Shown here piece by piece: positions 1-13,400 of a DNA stretch of 64,000 bases (positions within the stretch are counted from its first letter, which is position 1; each line of letters opens with the position of its first letter). The position numbers and the translations under genes were made by a program. Origin of the DNA: Psammoneis japonica (taxonomy: Eukaryota); the NCBI GenBank assembly GCA_008632985.1, contig QPGO01000082.1, positions 1 through 64,000 of the forward strand. The letters are read 5' to 3'. Under the pieces are notes generated by a model. The model was not told the DNA's origin and made no database searches. It saw only the letters and a program-made list of their open reading frames with translations.

Positions 1-348
1 CGCTACTGCGGCAACAACAAAAAGGGAGTAGAGGGATGCATGCAGGAGAAGCACAACAAGACAAAGAAACTTAAAAGCTGCGGCCATGCGGGCTGCGCAT
101 TCTACAAGGGATGCCGTGCTTGCGACGTGACCAAGGCAATGGCGGACGACAGCGCCTTGTTCGAAGAGGACAAGAAGTTGGTCAACAAGCTGTTGACCAA
201 GGTGAAGAGCAAGCACATGAAAAAAGAATTGACACAGCTCTTGAAGAGCAAGCCCGTCTTGGAGGAAGTCTTTCCTAAAGCATCAAGCGCCCGCATGGCA
301 AAGATGCGAAAGCTAACGGTCAAACATGATGTGAGCAAAAGCAAATGA
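1..348 (+). CDS. 3' end of a Cys-rich (CxxC) hypothetical protein, truncated by the window edge
   Basis: Frame +1 is open from base 1 (RYCGNNKKGVEGCMQEKH...CGHAGCAFYKGCRAC...) to TGA at 346-348. Confidence 0.5.
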   Translation, partial: RYCGNNKKGVEGCMQEKHNKTKKLKSCGHAGCAFYKGCRACDVTKAMADDSALFEEDKKLVNKLLTKVKSKHMKKELTQLLKSKPVLEEVFPKASSARMAKMRKLTVKHDVSKSK

Positions 349-945
349 ATCATCTTCTGAGACAAGCCCACCATAACGAAAATGTGTCCTTGGCGAAGAA
401 TTGCAGGTAATCTCTTTTGTGTAAATGTTAAAAGTAGTCCAAATTGTGAAAGTTTTACTCATGTTTCGACCGGGTCGCATTGCTCTATCTTGAATGTGGT
501 AGTCTGTCAGAAAAGCGAAAAATGAGCGGGAGTTAAGGACTGCCTTTCGTACTCGCTAAGCGATTTCGAATGAAGCTTCCTTTTATTTTTCTTTCTTTGA
601 TACGATTATATTGATTTGCTCTTTCTATATCTTTGGCATACTAGTAGTACATCAGAGATCAGGGTCACGAACCAATCAGTAATTTTGTTAGAAAAAGTTA
701 GGGGTAGAGAAATATGAACGAATCACTACTTGCGTAACCATTCGTCCAAGCTACCCATGCTACATAAGCAAGAATTATAATAGCACTGCTGCAGCTCCTC
801 TTCCTTTGACAATATGCCGGCACCTCACATCTCTGTTTCTTGACTGCTTTCCAAAAGCGCCAAGCACAAGTGTGATTCCGCAGTAGACCTTCCCACGTGC
901 AGCCTGAGCGGCATAGCACCCATCCTTGATTCACCATCCTGCCAG

Positions 946-1906
946 CTAATCGATACAAATGGCGTTTTCCAGTGTGTTTCCCGTGGCGGCATGGTTGGCT
1001 GCACTCGCTGTTTCGTCGGTAACGACCCGACGCCGTTTTGACTTGGTAGGAGTAGGAACTCTAGGTGGCAAGCTAGTCATTGGCGCCGAGCGCTTCTGCT
1101 CCAGAGAAAGAAAGAAGAAGAAAACGTTTGATAAGCAGACATTCAATCCATATGCAGTGTATTATATACCACTTCGTCAATCTCACCTTTGAAGCAACAT
1201 CCAGTGTACGCTTGGATCGCGACAGGTAGGACTGGACATCGTCCGAAGAAAAGAACGAGGCTCCCTCGTCAGAAGAAGCCGACTCCTGAACCATGTTCCA
1301 AATCATATTATCGTACTGCTTGTCCTCTATCGCTCGTGTGGCGATTCTTTTTCGGCAGGTGGGGCAATCCGCAAGTCCTCCTAAACACGCTTGGCAGTAT
1401 CGATGGCCACAAGCAAGCATTCTGGTGTCAACAATAATGTCCATACAAACGGGGCACACGACTTCTTCCGACATGGATTCAATAAACGGAGATCTCTGTA
1501 CAGCATTGTTCAGAGACGCGACCGCAGCGTTCGTTGGTGTGGAGGCCACTCGTTCAGACGCAGAACCATCTGAAATACGGACCGTGTATTCGTATTCATT
1601 CTCAATCAGTGTCAGTCTGTCTTGATCCAAAAGTTCAATTCGAGAATCCTTACTTAACGCTACAGCCCGTCCAATGATTCGAAAGCCCTTGATTTCTCTC
1701 TTGACGGAAAGATAGGCCTTGTTATTATCCATCGTCACACGTGCAAGCCTCTTATGCGGGATACGTGGATCGTTGATTTTAGTTGTGCTGTTGCGACCGA
1801 GGACAAAACACGTGCCGTTCTGAGACAATTCCAACTCAGGACGCCTTGAAACTCCGTCTAGACGTTCATCTTGTCTATGAACCGGGATTAGCTTGATTCT
1901 ATTCAT
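946..1906 (-). CDS. FHA-like + RING-finger protein (CHFR/RNF8-like architecture), putative E3 ligase; 2 exons
   Basis: N-terminal FHA-like LGRNS motif and C3HC4 RING (CPVC...CGHRYCQAC...CPTC). Intron 1096-1186 (AAG|GTGAGA ... pyrimidine tract-CAG) joins in frame to an exon ending ...NAICID*. Confidence 0.8.
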
Positions 1907-2406
1907 GATTTCGACTCCTTAATGCTCACTAACTGTGAATGTATGGAACTTGTCGGGCTCTCAAAAACTTATGCAATCTGAACTGTGAATCGCTGAAGGT
2001 CTTTGCTGCGGCTCTTCTTCTGTGTCCTCCAGTGCTGATGATATAGGTCGACCCTTCTCGACTATTCTCTCACGTTAGCAACGATGCCCTTGCCACGGTA
2101 TGATAAGAAGTTGTCTTTCCAATGTGATCAACATCGACGGCGGCGTCTGCTCTTCGGTTTTTGTTGATCAACCGCAACGATGAGGCACGGATGGGGAACT
2201 TCTAAGCGCGGCGAGGCGAGCTCGCTCTGCGTAGGGCCAACGAATCATTTGTACCACAGGTGCGAACTCCGTTTGGTTTCGGCGGCAAAGCAAGATGATC
2301 CACGGAAAAAATCGAAAATCGACGAGCTCCTGCGGCCTTTCCTTCGTCCGCGCGACGAACTCGTCACCATCGAAAAAAAAGTTGACACAAAATAACTCCA
2401 TCCACC

Positions 2407-3910
2407 ATGGCGTCTCCATCCACGTCGCTGGCTGCAAAGTCGGCTTCCAATTCTCTGAAACGAGCACGTGAATTGTTTGATGACGGAACGGCACAGTCTG
2501 CGTTTGTTCCCTCGCGTAAGGACAAGGATCTTTGGGAAGCTTCCGTCAATCGTCGGATGCATGTTTACTATGGCGTGAATGCTTCGGAAAAAACGGCTAC
2601 AGCCAAGCAAGTGGGTCAATTAGTGGCGTTCAACCAAGAACAACAAGCATCGAAAATATCAAAGACTGAAACGAATATTGCAGGAGATGGAGTTTTGGCT
2701 TTGCCAAACAGTGCGGAGCAACAGACAAAGACCGACGCACCAGCTGCTGGCGGTATTCTCGTTGTGAGTAACATACCGTACTTTTCTTATTTGTGGGATT
2801 TTTTTTCAGATGATTGAAGCCAGTCGTTCAAACAACATCCTCTTCTATCGTTTTCCTTTTCAGAAATCCAATACTCGTGTCAAAATACCAACTCCTACGT
2901 GGCACGCACCCTGGAAGCTTGCGACCGTGCTTTCATCTCACTTGGGTTGGGTTCGTTCTGTAGCCTTTGATCCTACAAACGAAATGTTTGCCACGGGTGG
3001 AGCCGATCGAGTCATTAAAATTTGGGACTTTCCGAAAGCTAGTGTTGGTGCTAGTGACGCTCTGAAAATTACGCTGACTGGACACGTTTCTCCCGTTCGG
3101 GGATTGGCCTTTAGTCCCAAGCATCCCTATCTCTTTTCGGCGGGAGAAGACAAGCAAGTCAAGTGTTGGGATTTGGAAACAAACCAAGTAATTCGACATT
3201 ATCATGGACATTTGAGCGGCGTCTTTTGTTTGGCTCTACACCCGACTCTGGATATATTGGTGACGGGAGGACGTGACGCGGTTGCTCGGGTCTGGGATAT
3301 GAGATCCAAACAGCAGATTCATTGCTTGTCGGGACACGATCATACTGTGGCGTCCGTCCTGACCAAATCGACAGATCCCCAAATTATTACTGGCTCTCAT
3401 GATTGCACCATCAAACTGTGGGACGTGGTGGCTGGCAAGTGTCAGAGCACACTAACGCATCACAAGAAATCCATTCGTGCCCTGGTCCAACCGTCCTTTG
3501 AAAGTACCTTCTTGTCTGGTGCCGCCGATTGTTTGAAAAAGTGGCAATCCAGGGATGGACGCTTCCTAAAGAGCTTTACGGGACACAAGGCGGTTGTGAA
3601 TGCCCTTGCCATTAACGACGACGGTGTCGTTGTCAGTGGCGGCGATGACGGAACTATGCATTTCTGGGATTACAACACGGGATACAGCTTTCAACAAACA
3701 CAAAGCGTTGCGCAGCCCGGTAGTTTGGACGCAGAGAATGGGATCTTTGCCACCGCATTTGATGGGACGGGGACTCGGTTGGTCACGTGCGAAGCAGACA
3801 AGACTGTCAAGATTTGGAAGCAAGATGACGAGGCGTCGGAATTGACCCACCCCGTGGACATGGTTGCATGGAGAAAGAAGTGTCTGGCACAAGCCAAACA
3901 GCGATACTAA
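2407..3910 (+). CDS. PLRG1: Pleiotropic regulator 1 / Prp46, WD40 spliceosomal protein; 2 exons
   Basis: [10 protein letters not shown]...[33 protein letters not shown] and [14 protein letters not shown] motifs. Intron 2764-2863 (GTGAGT...TTTTCAG) keeps the frame. Confidence 0.95.
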
Positions 3911-4546
3911 AAGAAGGTATTGGTGTCGATTACTGTGTTGGAAATCAGTGGCTTATTTTGAGCAGCATTGAAGAAACATAATCGTTCTTCCAGCATTGAA
4001 TGCACGCATGACGTTGTGCGTGTGCGGCCCGATTCCTACTTCTAGTATCAAGTCCTGCTCAATTACATCATATAGAATGCATGCTTGGAGTAAAAAAAGT
4101 TAAAGAATACCCCGATTGATTAACAATTACATTCTGATAGCACTCCATGGTATACCCAGCCATACCTTGTTGTTACCGCTTGCTTTGATCTTCGAGTACA
4201 TGGTTTCACTGACAATGAACGATGGACTCAGCTTCCAGAAGGGATGCACAGCTACAGTACAGGCACGCAGCGTCAGGACCAGAAACTCGACAGAGTCAAT
4301 CGTAATGTCGCGGAAACAGCTGTTTTTCGGTGAATGAGTCAGCATCACACGTTACAGTACCTCGTGCAGCTCGGCGTCTGTGCTGTCTGTCGACGTCGTT
4401 ACACATGACAATTGTAGACATCACACGTCTAAGTTCTGGTTTAAAAAGAACGATTTCCTAGCTAGAGGCTACTCCTACAAAGGCACTGCATTCATAACGT
4501 GCATATCAAACATTCTAGATTAACTTTGTAATCTATCTTAAACGTG

Positions 4547-5296
4547 TTATTGTTCCTCCGTTGAAAAGATTTCCCGATTGCGTTCTTCCCCCATTGCGTG
4601 TTGTATGTGAGTGTAGTTTTCATGTAAGAATTTCCTCCATTGTGGCCAATGAGGTTGACGTGCGTATTGAAAGGGTGAATGGCCTCGTTTATCAGCAAGC
4701 AGTAGCAGCGTTGGATCCCGTTCTATGAGAAGTGTACAGATCTTGGTTTGAACTTGTGGATTCCAGCATGCATCGTGAAAGGGCGTTCGGCCGCAGTCGT
4801 CACGCACACGGACTTTCAGCTGTGGACCTGATTCATCATTGAGTAAAAACTCAACGATGTCTTCGAAACCGCGGCGACACGCCAGGTGGAGAATCGATTC
4901 ACCGAAACGATTGCAACCCGACATGGAGTCCTTGTCTTGCTCGTGAAACGTCTTGAGCTGATCCAGGTCGTTTTCTCGCGCTGCCGAAACAACGTCCATG
5001 TCATAGGCCACGAGCTGCTTTTCGGTGAAATCCGGAAAGTCATCGCCTTGCAGGCTCAGACAGGGTTTTATCACAGGGCGGTATCCATGGAGAACGTTCA
5101 CAATCTGAGCCAAGTACTCGTCAGGATGAACATCGGTAGTCACTGGATCCGGCAGCTTGGCCGAGGCGAAATTTCCGCCCCCATGACCACGTTCAATTAC
5201 GGTCGATGGCGAGTGCCTGCTGTCTGGCGCATGTTTCGTGGGTCGAGGTGTCTTCTTGTGCGCGGGCGGCATTGATGGCTTGGTTTGCGTTCTCAT
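4547..5296 (-). CDS. Ankyrin-repeat protein
   Basis: 249 aa ORF with NRFGESILHLACRRG, DDCGRTPFHDAC and DKRGHSPFQY ankyrin motifs. Confidence 0.85.
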   Translation of the reverse strand: MRTQTKPSMPPAHKKTPRPTKHAPDSRHSPSTVIERGHGGGNFASAKLPDPVTTDVHPDEYLAQIVNVLHGYRPVIKPCLSLQGDDFPDFTEKQLVAYDMDVVSAARENDLDQLKTFHEQDKDSMSGCNRFGESILHLACRRGFEDIVEFLLNDESGPQLKVRVRDDCGRTPFHDACWNPQVQTKICTLLIERDPTLLLLADKRGHSPFQYARQPHWPQWRKFLHENYTHIQHAMGEERNREIFSTEEQ

Positions 5297-6157
5297 TTAA
5301 AAGCTCCGCAGAAAAAACAGTTGGAGCAGATAACACCAGGTATGTAACCAAGAGATTCTGATCGTGACAAAAAAAGACTCCGGCGGCGGTTGCCACAAAT
5401 CGACGAATAATCTCACCCTTCCCTGCGAGGCAACGATAGTGTTGGGCGTGTAGTTTCCACACTCTTCAAACAACGGAGCGCACGGTGATCTTGCGAGCGA
5501 TGGGGTCTTCGCAATAACGTTTCACGTCCAATTTATGTCTCTAACAATGGCACGGTGTGTTGGAGTGGAGTGAAGATGAGTCAAGGGTAGTAAGAAGTGT
5601 CGTCACGTCGTCTTATGAAAGAAGAGCAAGCTGTTGCACTGCTGAGCAAGAATGTGATAAGCGTTTGATGCCTTCGCGTTCATCTGACTCACTCCATCTG
5701 GCTGGGTGCCTTCTCCAACAGAGAATCCTGGCCAGTTGGCGCCTTTATCCGCATGTCCACTCTACGTCAAATCACATATATTGACGTCATGTAAAAGAAA
5801 ACTTCAAGTTGAACTGAATCACTCAATTTAAAGTTATTCGGTCGTTAATACGCTATAAACTTTCGGGCTGTGACACCGTCAGCCCTTCTCATCAAATTTT
5901 CGATAAACAACTCTGACTCAAGTTCAATGGCTTACTAAGTCCTGCCACCCATCCAATTCTGACTGTGACGCCACGCGTGACGTCTGTGAAATAGTGACTC
6001 AATGGGGGCACTCTCGCCAAGCTTACATAGTGTCTCTTAGCAGTCGTACCCTACTCTCTAAGTACTCTCTACCACTAGAGAGTAGAGCTAGCTAGTCGTG
6101 AAAACATGAAAATCTCTCACCTCAACGCACAGACACAGACACAGTCGAGTGAGTGGA

Positions 6158-8229
6158 CGTGCAGGACCAATCAAATCATTTGGCAGGCCTCTCGGCACTT
6201 TGAGATGGACCCTCCAAATGAATGCATCGCTGGCAGTGTGGCTTTTGGGCTGACTCTTTGTGTTTGCCACAGTGACACATGCTGCCCTTGTTTTGGTGCA
6301 GTGCGGCACAGCGCCCAACAAAAACACAGTCAACGTGGCACATCGCCAACTGGAGTTGTTTGGATTGACAGCTCAGCCGCCACCAAGTGATCGCCAATGT
6401 GGCAAGATGGCTGGTGCATTGTGACACAGCTTGGGTTGGGTTGTTGTTGTGCTGTTGTCTTGTTTTCACTCTGCAACTTGCCAGCTGTGGTTGCACCACA
6501 ATGTTTTTGCGTTGTGACATGCATGACCAGCTGGCACCAACAGAGACCATGTTGTCATTTTTGCCATCTGGGTCATCTGGTGGAGTGTCAAATGAGTGGG
6601 CAAGCATGCAACACAAAGCTCCATTTTGTCACATTGGAGCATCTGTTGACACTGTGGAATCCCTCAGCTGACCCTCACTTGTTGTGATGCTGCTTTTTCA
6701 CACTTTTCAGCACAAAATCATGGTCATTTGTGTCATGGGAATTATGGCATGTGGGCAATTGCAAGCACACCTCCTGTGCTTGCCTTCAGCTCCCTTGGTG
6801 CTGCCACAGAGTGCACGCCATTTTGGAGCCCTGGGTGGCTCCTGCAGTTGCTTTTTCACCTCCTCCAGCGCCATCAGAAATTGTGGCTTTTTTGCTCATC
6901 ATGCTGATCAGATCAAAGAAAACAAGTGAGCTTTCACTGACCTCCCCAGCACCCTTTGCAGGAGACCAGCCATTTGCCAGTTGCCTGCTGAAAACTTTTT
7001 TCTCTTGCTCATTTGTGCGCACCTCATGCACACCACACAAGAACATGTTCTGCATCACAATCCTCTCAAGTGCCTTGACAAGGAGGTCACAGTGAGGAGA
7101 TGTTCAGGTGAATGGGGCTCTCAGCAAACAAAACAAAAACATTGAGCAGATGACTGCCAGCAAATGGCAAGTTGAGGGTGCTGCATCAATGCATCTAAAA
7201 CACAGCATGCTGAGTGCAACAAAGTGCAACAGCCACCAGCTTCATCAGATGGCGTGCAGTTGCCTGTTGCACACACAGCTCTCTCTCTCTCTCTCTCTCC
7301 AGCTCTGGTTCAGACAGAGCAGGGCTGGTCTCATTGAGGAAGGCAGCACTGTGTCTGTTGCCATTCCCTCCAGCTTGTGCTGAAAAAATCTGGTGAGCAA
7401 CAAATGACAGCACGACAGAGAGCACACAACTTGCTTTGATGATTGACAAAGCTTGGCTGCTGGCTGCATCTTTTTTGCCCCTTGTCCACAATCAAAGCCT
7501 CTCTCAAACACAGTGCCCATTTCCAACATTGTTTCTGAAGACAAGTGATTTGTTGGCCTCAGTGGTGTGTGTCCTCACAACTCTTCAGCACTGGGGCTGG
7601 TGGTCTGAATCAGAGCAAAAAGCAGTGCTGTGATGCAGCAACACCACAAGTGGTGCTGTCAATGAACTCCAATGCAATGAATGAATGCAAAGAGACAGAA
7701 AATGTTGGGTTGGCATGCACCAATGCCAAGGAATTGCATGAAATGCAGGGAGCAACACATGGTGGTGCAAGAGACAACAAATGCCCCACTCACACTTTGC
7801 AGGTGTTGCAACACAAGGTTGTGATTTCCCCCCCACCCCCCCACCCACCCATTGAAAACCTGGTTGATGTTTGCACCGTAAGCAGAGCATTGAGCCAACA
7901 GCTGCCCAGCTTTGTCCATGTGCTTTGAGAGGCGGTGTGGCAACAGCAACAATGCAGCAGAGCAGACAGTGGCTGCATTGACTGCTGTGATGTGACAGCA
8001 GTGGCTGGCTTTGAGTCCTGCTCTTTATGTGCCCACCACTGGCAGAGGGCCTCCACTCTAGAGCACAGCCAGCTGGTCATGCAGTGATCTCACTCTCTGG
8101 TGCTGGTGTGAATTGCCATTACCCAAATTCAACAACTGAACTGCAAGGGGGGGCTCTCACCCTTTCACGGCAGGCACAGTGGAGCTGGCATGCAGGGCCA
8201 ATCAAATCATTTGGCAAACCTCATGGCAT
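6158..8229 (+). repeat. Two ~41 bp direct repeats (6158-6198 and 8189-8229)
   Basis: cgtgcaggaccaatcaaatcatttggcaggcctctcggcac versus catgcagggccaatcaaatcatttggcaaacctcatggcat. Confidence 0.75.
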
Positions 8230-10128
8230 TGTTGTCTGGTTCCAGAAAGTCATCTTCTGGAAAAATGTGCAGCTGGTGATGTGGTTTCAGGAAGTTTTTT
8301 GGCTCTGGGTCAAACAGCTCAGTGTGCCCCCAGGTCTGGTGACCACCCCCCAGCTCTGGTTTTTTGTGGGCACTCTGGTTGAAATGTGAGATCTGCAAGG
8401 GCATTTGTGTTGGAACAGAAGCTCCTTGTGAACAAAGTGCTGCTGTGGAGACTGCAAGTCGCAGTTTGAAGGATGCCTGAATTTTTCCATTTTGTTGTGT
8501 TGACACTTGCCTGATCTTGATGGCTGCTCTTCATGCAGCTGCCAACTTGATGTGGTTGAGATTGGAGCAAGAGCTTGTCATGAGCTCACAACATGCTGCA
8601 GCTTGGGGCTGCAATGCAAAAAAAGGTTGTGGTGCATGTTGCCTCCCACTGCACACCTGATTGATGGCTGCATCATTGGAAAAAGCTCCTGGAGCCACCT
8701 CCCCTGGCTTCATTTCAGAGCAGCATTGAGGGGCAGCTTGGTGGGTGGAAGATGGCATGGCAACAGCAACAATGACAACAGAGCAGATGGCAACAATGTC
8801 AGCTGCTGGGATGAGGGCTCAGCTCTAAAGCTGCACCAGCAACAGAGTTTGAGTTTTCCTGCACAGCCACCACAGCCAAGAGGTCAACAAACTCTGTCGA
8901 TTTGACCAAGATGACACACTGACTGTGGCATCAAATTTTCCAAACACATGGTTGCTTGCCTGAAGCCTGTCATGAACTCCTCTGAGTGCACCCTTTGTTT
9001 CAACAAGATGTGCCTGATCCTAAAAATCTTCTGGGTGGCTTTGGTGCACATGAGAACCCCAGCAGGTCTCAAGTGCAGCACACTGCTGTTGCTGACATCC
9101 ATCATGAGATCATCCAGAATCTTGTCATCCCAAGAGCCAAACTTGCTGATGACACATCCCCATTGGGCCAATCATGCCAGAGCAGGCATTGTCTTTTGCA
9201 AGCAATTTCAAGTCTTCCAGCTTGTCAGGCCAATCTTTGCAACCTTGCAAAGGGCCAGCAATTTTTTTGCTTCATTGAATGCAAGAAAAGAAATCAGCCT
9301 CAGTTGGTGCCCTGCCACACACTGCTCAAAACTCCTCCACATCAATGACAGGACCTCTGTTGGCTGGAGCACAGCAAGTCTTGGTTGTGAGTTGGCTGTC
9401 AGCAGCAACAAAGCATTTTGAGGCTGCTGCAGACAGGTGGATGATGGGTTGAGATGACAACACACACTTCTTTGTTCTGATCACCCTGGCAGGCAGCTTG
9501 CAACAGTGGGTTGTGAAGTGGACAAAACATTCAATGACACAACAAGAGGTTGCAGCTCATGTTCAAACTCCATGATCTGGCCAGTTTTACCCCCTTTTTT
9601 ATTCTGTGATTAGCAGGGTGTGACACATCCAATGCAAGAAGCAAGTGCTCTGCCTGCAGCTGCAAGCCCCCTGCAAGCACCACTTTTGAAGAGCTTGTGA
9701 AAACCTGGGCCACCCATCTGCCTGGAGTCAAGCAATTTGAGGATGCCATGGCCAATGCACTGAAACTGTTCACTTTCCTCAGGCATCTCTCCTGCCACTC
9801 CTGATCACCTTGAATGTGCTCTCAACAAACTGCCACAAGTCCTTGACTTGCTGCACCTCTGGCTGCCTGTGCTATGAACACAACAGCACTGGGCATCTTG
9901 TGGTTGCAGATGGCTCTCTTTTTGTTCATCACTTGGGCCAGAGTGCCAAGGCCATTCTCTCTTGCATGACACATTGACTTGCAATGATGCTTCACCTCAA
10001 GGCATGCACACCTCATGCACTGTGGGCCACACTTGTTGCTTGGGTGGGTTTTGCCATCCTTGCAACATGTTGGGAAGGCTGAAATCTGAAAACAAATGCC
10101 ATGGATGTGGGCATTCCTTTTATTCTTT

Positions 10129-10414
10129 TGTTGGAATGGCTGGATCATGGGAAATGCAAAGAACTTGGGTGCATTAAGATGCTGTGGCTCCTGATGCAGC
10201 TCATTCAACAACTCTTGTTAAGTGGTTTTCATCATCACTGATCTCTCACTTTTGTGTTCTCATCTCCCTCTTTGGAGTGAATTGTTTGGTGGTTTACATG
10301 ATTTGTCATTCAGTGTCCTCAGTGGGTGCCTGTCATCATTCATCATGTGAGTTTGCAGTTTACATTGACACCTTTGGCAACCCATGACAATTGCAGACTG
10401 CCAAGGCAAGTGTG
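10129..10414 (+). repeat. 5' LTR
   Basis: Starts TGTTGG and aligns end to end with 16721-17010 (shared gatcatgggaaatgcaaaga, ctgtggctcctga, tgtgagtttgcagttt, cattgacacctttggcaaccca, gcagactgccaa.gcaagtgtg). Confidence 0.8.
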
Positions 10415-13400
10415 TTGAGCAGCACAGGCAGCCTGGACATGATTCACTCCAAAGAGTCACTGGCACAGCACAGACCTGGCCCACACACAGCCATTGAGTG
10501 CTGAATGCCTGCACAATGAGTGGCAGAGTGGGTGGCAGAGAAAATGACTGAGGCCAAGGATGAAGCTGCAGCAGAGGTGACAAGAGACACAGGCGCTCCA
10601 ACTGAAGAAGAAGACCAACGCCAAGAGGCACTTTCTGACTGAGATGAAAAGTTCCATCCTTCATCACACTGAACAGTGACACTTGCAATGCCACACATGA
10701 AGAAGTCAAGGAGAAGATCATCTGCCACATGCAGAAGGAGTGTGAACAAGTCACAAATTTGGAAAGATCTCTGGAACACATGAAATGCAAGGATTTCACC
10801 TCCAAGAGACCTGCTTGGATGTGTCCATGACAAAAGCACCAGCCAATGCAGACCCAACACACTGAGTCAAGCTGTCAGAGAAGCAGCAAGAAGATGAAAA
10901 AAGGGGTGCCAGCATGAAGCAGAGCCAACTGGCCACCACAAGAAAGTAAAGCAGTTCAAAGAAAGCACAAGACATCCACAATTGCCCAGATTTTAGACAA
11001 CCACTGCACCAAGCAATGAAACAGAGAGTGCAGGTCAATTCCAGTTTCTCCAGCATGAGAGACAACCCCAATGATGTCACTGAAACTGATCCAATCCCTT
11101 GCATTTGACTCAGCCAGAGGTCAACATTTGCTCCACACACTTGCTGAGGCCTGAAGAAACATCCTGGATGTGAGGCAACAAAAGAGAATGAGACACTGAA
11201 TGATCACCTGTCAAGATTCAAGAACCAGCCAGATGCTGCAAAAGAAAGACCGGGAGATGGAACGCTGGATGGAGCTGTGAGAAGAGCTTGGTGAGAGACC
11301 ACAGCCTGGGTGAAAGCCAAGACACCCATCCTGAGACTCTAGAGAAGGCCATGAATGTGCTGCTGAACCATCTGAAAGATGACAATCCTGGCACCAGCAC
11401 AAGAGGAAGAACAAAAGACAAAGAGACCACAAGAATGGTGGCAGCAATGATGGCAATGGAAACAGCTGGTCCATCAATGCAAAGGACCAGAGCCATGCCC
11501 AGAAGAGCAACCAGAGCAACACTGTGGTGTGCCACTGCAGTGGTGAGCTGTGTCACAAGTCCCAAGACTGCAAGCATTGACAAGAGGTTTGGCACAACAA
11601 TTGATTCAAGATCATTGGTGGGAAGCTGGACATGGAGGGACAAAGTCATGCACAGACACAAGTTGAGAATGATGACCACTCATTGGCGGGCAGTGGTGAC
11701 AACATCAGCACCAACACCGCCAGCTCTGACCAATCAACCTGCTCCAGCCAAAGCAGGAGTGCTGCATGGCATGGAGTGCAGCTGACTGTCAAGAGACCAG
11801 AGACCAGCACGAATCAATCCAAAAAGAGGTTGAAGCAGATGAAATCATCCTTGACAATGACTCCACCCTCAGCATGGCAGCAAGCCAAGACCAGTGCACA
11901 CAGGAGTGGATGCCCAGATGAAGACTGCACCTTGCCTGGATGGGCAGTGTGAAGCTCAGATCACAGAACGTGACAGCAAACACATCCTCAGTCTAAAGAA
12001 TGTGACAAGCAAGCAATGCATTGCATGTGATGACCAAGTCATGGCAGACAAGTTCCAGCCACTGGACAAGAAGACTGGCAAACAAGTTGCAGTGTTCAAA
12101 GTGAATGACATTGGGTTTTGCACCTTTGCACCAAGCCAGAAGCACTTTGACCATGCAAAAGATCTTCAAGAAAGCAAGTCACATGTGAGCATGCTGTTGA
12201 AAAAGAAAGAGAAGAGCGACAAGAAGAACAGGAGTGCACTTGGAACTGTGGCTCCAACAGTGGAGCAGAACTCCACAGGCTGCACTGAGAGGGAGGCAGC
12301 AAGTGCTGAGCAAGCACTCAGACTGCACTGCAAAGCTGGAACTCCCAGTGTGAGGGATTTCAAGCTGCTTTTGTGTTCAAGGTGAAGAACTTGTCCATTG
12401 TGCCTGAAAACATGGACAGGATGGTGGCCATTTGAGGTCCGCTGATGGACACATTGCAAGGCAAGACCAAACACACACATTGTTCCCATGAAGAGAGTGA
12501 CAACATGGTGGCCACCCCACCTGAGATGTGCAAGCAGCATTGATGTCATGGAAGTGTGTAGAGTCAAGACACTGCGTGCAACAGACAAGATGATCAAGTG
12601 CCAATCAAGTGCAAGACTGAGGTGCAAGAAGCATGATGATGTGTGAAATGCACTGGGCATCATCCTGCAACAGTGCAACATGGCTTTGTTCAAGATTGAC
12701 TTTGTTGAGTGTGATCCCAAGTTCAAGGACATGCCAGCAGAAGTTGTTGATGGGTTGTGAACTTAGAGCTGACACCTGTGGACACCAGTGGCCATGTTCC
12801 TGAAGTTGGAAGGAGTGTTGAGACTGTCAAAGAGCAAACTTGAGCCACTGTGCACCACCTTCCACACAAGATGACACCCAATTAAAGTTGATGTGTGTGC
12901 ATGCCGTGATCAGGGACACTGTTGTGGCAAACATGTGCCCACAGAAAGAAGGCATTTCTGACATGTGCAGTCCACACACTGTCATGAAATGAAGAAACCT
13001 TGACCATGACAGGCACTTGTTTGAGATCATCTTTGGTAAATTTGTCCTGTCTTGTGTTGAGAACAACCTGAAAAGTCCAAACACCATGGATGTGTGTGGC
13101 GTTGACAGCACACATCTGCAACCATGCTTCAGCATTCCCAAGGGCAGCCACTGCACTGTGAACTTGCACATGGGCAAGCTTCTGAATCCCTGCAAGTGTG
13201 CTGCTGCACCCCACACCAGCCCACACACATGTCAGTGGTTGAGAAGATGGCCACAGCACAGGGCATCATCAGTTTTAAATTTACAGGCAAATGCAGAGAC
13301 AATCTGCACAATGCTGATTGGACTGCAGGAGTGGACAATGGCAGAAGTGACAGCAAAGATGAAAGCAAAGATGAAATTGAAAAGAAACTTGTTGACACCA

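Noticed and set aside
7280..7299. (CT)n microsatellite
   Set aside because: Ordinary short simple repeat.
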